Of a stretch of 64,000 bases of DNA, positions 58,616-64,000 are shown one piece after another. The notes beneath the pieces were generated by a model. It had not been told where the DNA came from. It ran no database searches and was given only the letters and a program-made list of their open reading frames with translations. The position numbers and the translations under genes were made by a program. Location of the stretch: assembly GCA_963762565.1 (NCBI GenBank), contig CAVXLD010000001.1:992001-1056000 (forward strand). Direction: 5' to 3'. Every line of letters begins with the position of its first letter. The stretch's first letter is position 1. The DNA is from an uncultured Verrucomicrobiae bacterium (lineage in GTDB: Bacteria; Verrucomicrobiota; Verrucomicrobiia; Chthoniobacterales; JAFAMB01).

Positions 58616-60087
58616 GGACACGCGGACGGGTGTTACCGGCCGTGTGGGTCTGGGTAAGTCTCTGGTTGTTTGCGCCGCGACTCTTTGCTGGCGGTGAGGA
58701 AAACGTAGAAACAAGTAAGCAGTTAATTTTTGTCCCGCCTCCAATCGAAGGGGTGATCAGTCTCGGCGTCTACGATGCCCATGGAAAACTGGTGCGAGTG
58801 CTAAAGCAGGCAGCCGAGATCGATTCGTTCAAGCCCGGCCTCAATGGGCTGTTTATTGATTGGGATGGCGCGGATGCCGACGGCAAAGTGGTACCCGCCG
58901 GCAAGTACTCCGCCCGAGGCGTGCTAATCGGCGATGTTAATATTTCCGGGGTTGCTTATCACCTGAACGACTGGGTGGACGACGCGCAAAATCTCAGAGT
59001 CAAAACGATCAGTTCGCCAGCTCTGCTCGGCGGACGATCTCTGGCCGTATTAGCCGATACCGGTCGCCCCGAGATTTTGATCGTTGATGCCGGTTCCCTC
59101 AAAGCGCAGCGATTTTCAATCGACCCGGGTGTCATCCGGCTCAAATCGGATGGTGCTAACCTCTTGGCAATTTACTCCGATCACATCGCAAACATCACGG
59201 CGCCAGACGGGACGATCACGGAAAGCAATGCAGCAATTAATATCCGTGACGCTGACCGTTCGGGTTCAAATTGGGTCATTCTGACCGATCGGGAGATTCA
59301 GTACAAAAATGCGGGACAGACCACCACGATCGCGCTGCCTGACCCTAACATCAGCCGGTGCGCTCTTTTAGCGACATCATTGGTTGTCGCAAGTCCAAAT
59401 GGAAAACTGTGGCGCACAGAAAGTGATCACCTGGTCCAGGTCGACCTGGATGCACCTGGGGAACTACTCGACCTCAGCGCAGGCACGGGGGATCAAATTT
59501 GGTTGCTCATCGGGAACGGACCAAAAACCTGGTTACGGCAAGTCGATCTCGCGGCGAAAACCAGCAAAGATTTCGATCTGCCAGAGGGGCTGCCGAAAAT
59601 TCGCCAGCTATCCGCGTCGAGAACGAATACTGATTTGCTCCTGGACGCCGATCTGAATCCAGGTCAGCGGGTGATCGGCTTACATTTTCAGACCGTTAAA
59701 GATCAGCAATCGGTATGGGAGAAATGGTTTGATCGGTCGCTCGTGCCTCATCAATTCTTCGACGTTCACGCTGGGACCGTTGTACGAGCTGACACCAAAA
59801 CAGATTCACCCGCATTGCTGGTCCGTCCCGAGAACAATCCCTTGGAAAATACGCGCCAAGCTAACTTTTTGTTGAGCGCGGTCGCGGACAACCAGGGTGT
59901 CCATCTGGCGACCAGCGACGGGCTGCCCCTGCTCCAGATTTCAAAGACGAAGGGAATCGATCAGGTCAAATGGGAACCGAATGGTCCTACTGGGATGAAA
60001 GTCTACCTGTCGGACGGAACCGCCGTTGAGGAGTATAGCATCACGGGTTTGGGAAATCTGTACCGCTTTGACGCCGGAAGCTTCTAA
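58612..60087 (+). CDS. Exported hypothetical protein with FlgD-like Ig domain and beta-rich C-terminus
   Basis: Signal peptide; SLGVYD..GKLVRVL...WDG.DADGK.VPAGKY FlgD-like motif; ATG overlaps the GH57 stop. Confidence 0.75.
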   Translation: MRTRGRVLPAVWVWVSLWLFAPRLFAGGEENVETSKQLIFVPPPIEGVISLGVYDAHGKLVRVLKQAAEIDSFKPGLNGLFIDWDGADADGKVVPAGKYSARGVLIGDVNISGVAYHLNDWVDDAQNLRVKTISSPALLGGRSLAVLADTGRPEILIVDAGSLKAQRFSIDPGVIRLKSDGANLLAIYSDHIANITAPDGTITESNAAINIRDADRSGSNWVILTDREIQYKNAGQTTTIALPDPNISRCALLATSLVVASPNGKLWRTESDHLVQVDLDAPGELLDLSAGTGDQIWLLIGNGPKTWLRQVDLAAKTSKDFDLPEGLPKIRQLSASRTNTDLLLDADLNPGQRVIGLHFQTVKDQQSVWEKWFDRSLVPHQFFDVHAGTVVRADTKTDSPALLVRPENNPLENTRQANFLLSAVADNQGVHLATSDGLPLLQISKTKGIDQVKWEPNGPTGMKVYLSDGTAVEEYSITGLGNLYRFDAGSF

Positions 60088-60089
60088 AG

Positions 60090-60238
60090 AATGACAAATG
60101 ACAAATGACAGATGACAAATTGGCAGTCGTTGCTGACTCGACTGATGCGAAAGCCACTCCGGTAACGGTGTGTGATAACGCGCAATGGATGTTTCTTTGA
60201 ATTTGTCATTTGTCATCTGTGATCTGTCATCTGTCATT
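60090..60238. repeat. Inverted AATGACA/GATGACA heptamer arms
   Basis: AATGACAAATGACAAATGACAGATGACAAAT versus ATTTGTCATTTGTCATCTGTGATCTGTCATCTGTCATT. Confidence 0.85.
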
Positions 60239-60269
60239 CTCCGCAGCTCTGTAGGGAGAGTTCTTAGCT

Positions 60270-60806
60270 ATGGATTTGGTTTATTTCGATCTGGAGACAC
60301 AACGAACTGCCAATGACGCTGGCGGTTGGCACAACAAACAGGACATGAGGATGTCGGTCGGCGTTACTTATAGCACCGCTTCAGGACAGTACCGGATTTA
60401 CTCTGAAGCCCGAGTAAATGAGCTGATTGATCAATTGCTCAAGGCAGACTTGGTCGTAGGGTTCAACATCTTGAACTTCGATTACGAAGTGCTCATGGGC
60501 TACACCATCCTAGACTTACCTCACCAGCTCAGGACATTGGATATATTGGTTGAGGTTGAAAAGCGCATCGGTAGCAAGCCCAACCTCGACAACCTCGCTA
60601 TGGCAACTCTAGGCGTCAAAAAAACTGCCGGCGGCGTGGACGCGATAAAATGGTGGCGCGAAAAGCGAGTGCTCGATATCGCGGAGTACTGTTGCTTTGA
60701 TGTTAAGGTCACCAAGATGGTGCACGAATTCGGCGTAACAAACCGTGAGCTGTTTTACAGCGATAAGTTCAATCGCCGTCAGAAGATGGCAATCGACTGG
60801 CAATGA
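60270..60806 (+). CDS. RNase H-like (RNase_H_2/DnaQ-like, YprB-type) exonuclease domain protein
   Basis: YFDLETQ, VGFN..NFD, AEYCCFDV. Confidence 0.85.
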   Translation: MDLVYFDLETQRTANDAGGWHNKQDMRMSVGVTYSTASGQYRIYSEARVNELIDQLLKADLVVGFNILNFDYEVLMGYTILDLPHQLRTLDILVEVEKRIGSKPNLDNLAMATLGVKKTAGGVDAIKWWREKRVLDIAEYCCFDVKVTKMVHEFGVTNRELFYSDKFNRRQKMAIDWQ

Positions 60807-62068
60807 TTCAGCCGCTGCGCGCAACCAGAGAGACATGGCGAATCGATTGGTTCGACGTCGACTCACCAATCCCTTTTGGATCGATGTTCATTCTCCCAAC
60901 CTGCATCTACGTCATTCATCGTTACACAGGGATGCTGATCGGCCACGAATTTATCCGGGAGCTTGATCAAAGACGGGCGGAGATCCTGATACACCGTCTT
61001 TTCCAAGAGAGAGGTATACCGGATGAGATTCAAATCCCCGATCTGGAAGAATGGGACGACTCCGTCTGGCAAGGTCTCTCGCGAGAGTACCACTGCGAAG
61101 TGCAGCTAGTAGATAACGATCGCGGAGAAACCGACCCCACCCAGCAGGAAGCGGTACGCCAGCGTCTTGACTCCATGATCGCAGGTTCTGCTCAAACGCT
61201 TTTGAGTTCTTTGGGACCAAAGACCGTTGCGCAGGGATTGGTGCAAGCGCTGAAACACCTCCGCTCGATTGACAAGAAACGAGCCCTTCTCACCAAAGCA
61301 CTGGAATTGTCTGAGAATTTTCCCGAAGCGCTGGTCGAACTGGCGGACCTCGAGCTGCAAGATGGCAACGTCGACTCAGCAGCGGAAAAGTTTGCCAATG
61401 CCGCGGCCAGCTCTGCCGCGTTCCATGAACCCGGGGAAGCGAGTTGCTACATCCGCGCTCTTCACGGACAACTGTTGACCGCTTGGCAACGAGGAGATTT
61501 GGCTCAAGCGATCCAGATGGGTGAGCATCTTCTCCAACGCAACCCGGTCGACCATCCCGGCGTTCGTTTCCTCATTCCGTTGCTCCAACTCCTGGCCGGC
61601 CAGATCGATGAGTCTCAAGAGTATTTTTCCTGGTATCAACAGACCTATCCAAACGATCTGGAGGATCCCGGATTTCAGTTCGCCTGGGCTCTATCGCTGG
61701 TCGACCGAGACGACGAAAAGGCTGCCGTCGACAAGTACCGCCGAGGCATGATCCAGAACTTGTACCTCGCTCCTCTTCTATTGGATGTCCCAGAACCCGC
61801 TCCGGACATCTGGCAGCATAACGACCGGGGCGACATTCAATACGCCGCCGATTTCCTAAATTCGTTTGGAGTGATTTGGGAACGGGACGCCGCCGCTGTC
61901 CGCTTCCTGCGGGAAGTCTATACTGAGTCCGGTCCCTTGCTGGAACGCTTAATCGCCTTACGCCGCAAAATGGCCGACTTCCAAGACCACCGCTACGAAC
62001 CCAAACACCGAGAGAACTGGCAGCAGCTCATCGAGCAAGAGCAAGCGCTGATTAAGTCGTGGACGTAG
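60803..62068 (+). CDS. TPR-containing hypothetical protein
   Basis: KALELSENFPEAL, LQRNPVDHPGVRFL helical repeats; ATGA overlap with the exonuclease. Confidence 0.7.
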   Translation: MIQPLRATRETWRIDWFDVDSPIPFGSMFILPTCIYVIHRYTGMLIGHEFIRELDQRRAEILIHRLFQERGIPDEIQIPDLEEWDDSVWQGLSREYHCEVQLVDNDRGETDPTQQEAVRQRLDSMIAGSAQTLLSSLGPKTVAQGLVQALKHLRSIDKKRALLTKALELSENFPEALVELADLELQDGNVDSAAEKFANAAASSAAFHEPGEASCYIRALHGQLLTAWQRGDLAQAIQMGEHLLQRNPVDHPGVRFLIPLLQLLAGQIDESQEYFSWYQQTYPNDLEDPGFQFAWALSLVDRDDEKAAVDKYRRGMIQNLYLAPLLLDVPEPAPDIWQHNDRGDIQYAADFLNSFGVIWERDAAAVRFLREVYTESGPLLERLIALRRKMADFQDHRYEPKHRENWQQLIEQEQALIKSWT

Positions 62069-62075
62069 TCTAATT

Positions 62076-62340
62076 TGGTGGGGCGAGGCTCCCGAACGTC
62101 GAGGACAGGTTCGCAAGGGAATTCGGTTTTCTCCGTAGCCACGAAGTGCCACACCGCTACGCCTGCCGAGCCGATCCCAGCGTCTGACCCTCGCCCAAAG
62201 CCAATCAACGCCCGCGATCGCATCTCGCCGGGCGTTTACCCACCTTCCTAGAATGGCACACGCCGACTCGCCCTTTCGCCCCTTCGCCGCATCGCCCATT
62301 CGCCGTTTCGCCCTTGCTATCTGCTATCTGCTATTCTCTT
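62076..62340. repeat. Degenerate family B element plus TCGCCC/TGCTATC heptamer tracts
   Basis: TGGTGGGGCGAGGCTCC, GCCGAGCCG, CTCGCCC, ATCGCCCATTCGCCGTTTCGCC (same arm as 51792-51813), TGCTATCTGCTATCTGCTAT. Confidence 0.65.
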
Positions 62341-62350
62341 ATTCCCTAGC

Positions 62351-63325
62351 ATGGCTCGGTATTTAACTGGCATTCAACCATCAGGGATTTTGCATATCGG
62401 CAACTACTTCGGCGCACTGCGGCCGGCCGTTGAACTGCAGGAGCAAGGTGATGCGTTCTATTTCATCGCGGACTACCATGCTCTCACCAGCTTGCGGAAC
62501 CCGGAAGAGCTTCGCCAGAACGTGCTTGGTGTGGCTCTCGATTTCCTGGCTTGTGGTCTGGACCCCGACAGAGTCTGCTTCTTTCGCCAATCGGACATCC
62601 CTATCGTGACCGAGTTGACCTGGATACTGAGTACCGTGACTCCGATGGGTCTATTGGAACGGTCCCATTCCTACAAGGACAAGCTTGCCCGCGGACTTCC
62701 GGCTTCTCACGGGCTCTTTGCTTACCCGGTACTGATGGCTGCGGACATTCTACTGTACGAAAGCGATGTAGTCCCGGTTGGACAGGATCAAAAACAGCAT
62801 CTCGAAATGACGCGCGATATCGCTGCAAAATTTAATGAAACCTACGGCCAGGTTTTGAAAATCCCGGAACCCAGAATCCGTGAAGAAGTGGCGACGGTCG
62901 TCGGTCTGGACGGTCAGAAGATGAGTAAAAGCTACGGGAACACGATCGAAATTTTTGCCCCGGAAAAAGCGTTGAGAAAAAAAGTGATGGGCATCGTTAC
63001 CGACTCGACGCCAGTAGAAACGCCCAAAGACCCTTCGAATTCGATCATCCTGCAGCTATACAAGTTGTTCGCCAGCCCGGAAGAAGTCGAATCGATGACC
63101 CAAAGTTTTCGCGCCGGTGGAACCGGGTACGGAGAGTACAAGAAACAGCTTTTTGAGGTCCTTTGGAACGCTTTTGAGCCGATGCGCAAAAAGCGGGCTG
63201 AACTGGAAGCAGATCTGGGGTACGTGGAATCGGTGCTCCGACACGGAGCAGAACGCGCTTTAGTGACAGCCCAACAAACCATCGCTAAAGTCCGCACCGC
63301 GGTTGGACTTCTGAATTTTCATTAG
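62351..63325 (+). CDS. trpS: Tryptophanyl-tRNA synthetase
   Basis: TGIQPSG.LHIGNY, YPVLMAADIL, VPVGQDQ.QH, KMSKS. Confidence 0.97.
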   Translation: MARYLTGIQPSGILHIGNYFGALRPAVELQEQGDAFYFIADYHALTSLRNPEELRQNVLGVALDFLACGLDPDRVCFFRQSDIPIVTELTWILSTVTPMGLLERSHSYKDKLARGLPASHGLFAYPVLMAADILLYESDVVPVGQDQKQHLEMTRDIAAKFNETYGQVLKIPEPRIREEVATVVGLDGQKMSKSYGNTIEIFAPEKALRKKVMGIVTDSTPVETPKDPSNSIILQLYKLFASPEEVESMTQSFRAGGTGYGEYKKQLFEVLWNAFEPMRKKRAELEADLGYVESVLRHGAERALVTAQQTIAKVRTAVGLLNFH

Positions 63326-63520
63326 TAAATTTTCTTTCGTTCTTACACTAAATTCCTATCTTCGAGCGAATGACCGGTTACAGGGTTGCTTTCTCTAAGG
63401 CCTGTCGCGCCGTCTTGTCCGCCATAGTTCGGGAACAAGGGACGACGGAGGGAAGGCTTTGCGAAGGCGGAAAGCAAAGGGCGGTCATGGCGCCCCCGAA
63501 TTTGGCAGGAACGTGAGGTT

Positions 63521-63751
63521 ATGATTAATAGCAATACAGCACACGGCTCTAGCGATCCCCTCGCTTCGGAGAAGATTCAGGTCGATCGAAAAGTGTTCTT
63601 TCTGGATCTGAAAGAAAATCAACGCGGACGCTTTTTGAAGATTACCGAAGACGTCAGTGGCCGGCGCGACACCATTATGCTCCCCGCGAGCGCCCTTAAA
63701 GATTTTGTCAGCGCACTTAGCCGCCTAGTTGATCTGGAAGAGCGACTGTAG
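63521..63751 (+). CDS. Single PUR-repeat nucleic-acid-binding protein (Pur-alpha-like)
   Basis: LASEKI...RKVFFLDLKENQRGRFLKITE....RDTIMLP matches the PUR repeat pattern. Confidence 0.85.
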   Translation: MINSNTAHGSSDPLASEKIQVDRKVFFLDLKENQRGRFLKITEDVSGRRDTIMLPASALKDFVSALSRLVDLEERL

Positions 63752-63794
63752 TCCCCGTCAGCAGGCCAGCCCCCCGGGACGCGTGACGGTTTTA

Positions 63795-63898
63795 GTGGAC
63801 GGAGTAGACCGAGTGGACGCAGTGGACACTCGCTTCGGCTAAGGGTCGGTTCCCTGTCCACCAGGTCCACTCTGTCAACTTTGTCCACTCCGTCCACT
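63795..63898. repeat. Inverted GTGGAC nonamer arms
   Basis: GTGGACGGAGTAGACCGAGTGGACGCAGTGGAC versus GTCCACCAGGTCCACTCTGTCAACTTTGTCCACTCCGTCCAC. Confidence 0.8.
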
Positions 63899-64000
63899 TT
63901 GGGCTCTTAGCGACTGACCGCGGATCCCAGGCTTTCCCGGTTGAGTTTTGCCGCTCCACCGTTAACCTGCATCGCTCATGCCGCGCGACACTTCTATCCG

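Overview
This is a bacterial chromosomal window of moderately high GC. Gene content (MBL-nuclease/ligase fusion, GSII plus GSI, rhaEW-lutABC, BBP2-type porins, lineage-typical hypotheticals) suggests Verrucomicrobiota, possibly Chthoniobacterales; this placement is inference only. It holds about 55 CDS and one tRNA-Ala(GGC), with no recognisable transposase, integrase or CRISPR array. Main blocks: galK; nuclease-ligase fusion; STAS/RsbU-grpE-dnaJ-rsmE-amidase-murI; larA; rhodanese-sufE; a probable lysine catabolic operon; rhamnose/lactate catabolism; a type II TA pair; a nitrogen region (two porins, APC permease, cyanase, atypical PII, glnII, mini-kinase, PP2C, glnA); GH57; trpS. Four observations stand out. 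(1) A sigma54-type PII*-glnII-minimal kinase-PP2C-glnA locus suggests phosphorylation-based nitrogen control. (2) An unannotated 493-aa protein carries VOC/HPPD/DUF1338-like metal motifs and leads the lysine operon, making it a candidate divergent 2-oxoadipate dioxygenase/decarboxylase. (3) Many intergenic gaps hold nested palindromic elements: several REPIN-like families and paired inverted 6/7/9-mer tandem arms. (4) Five GG-N10-GC sigma54-type motifs sit upstream of nitrogen and transport genes, one with a duplicated upstream region.
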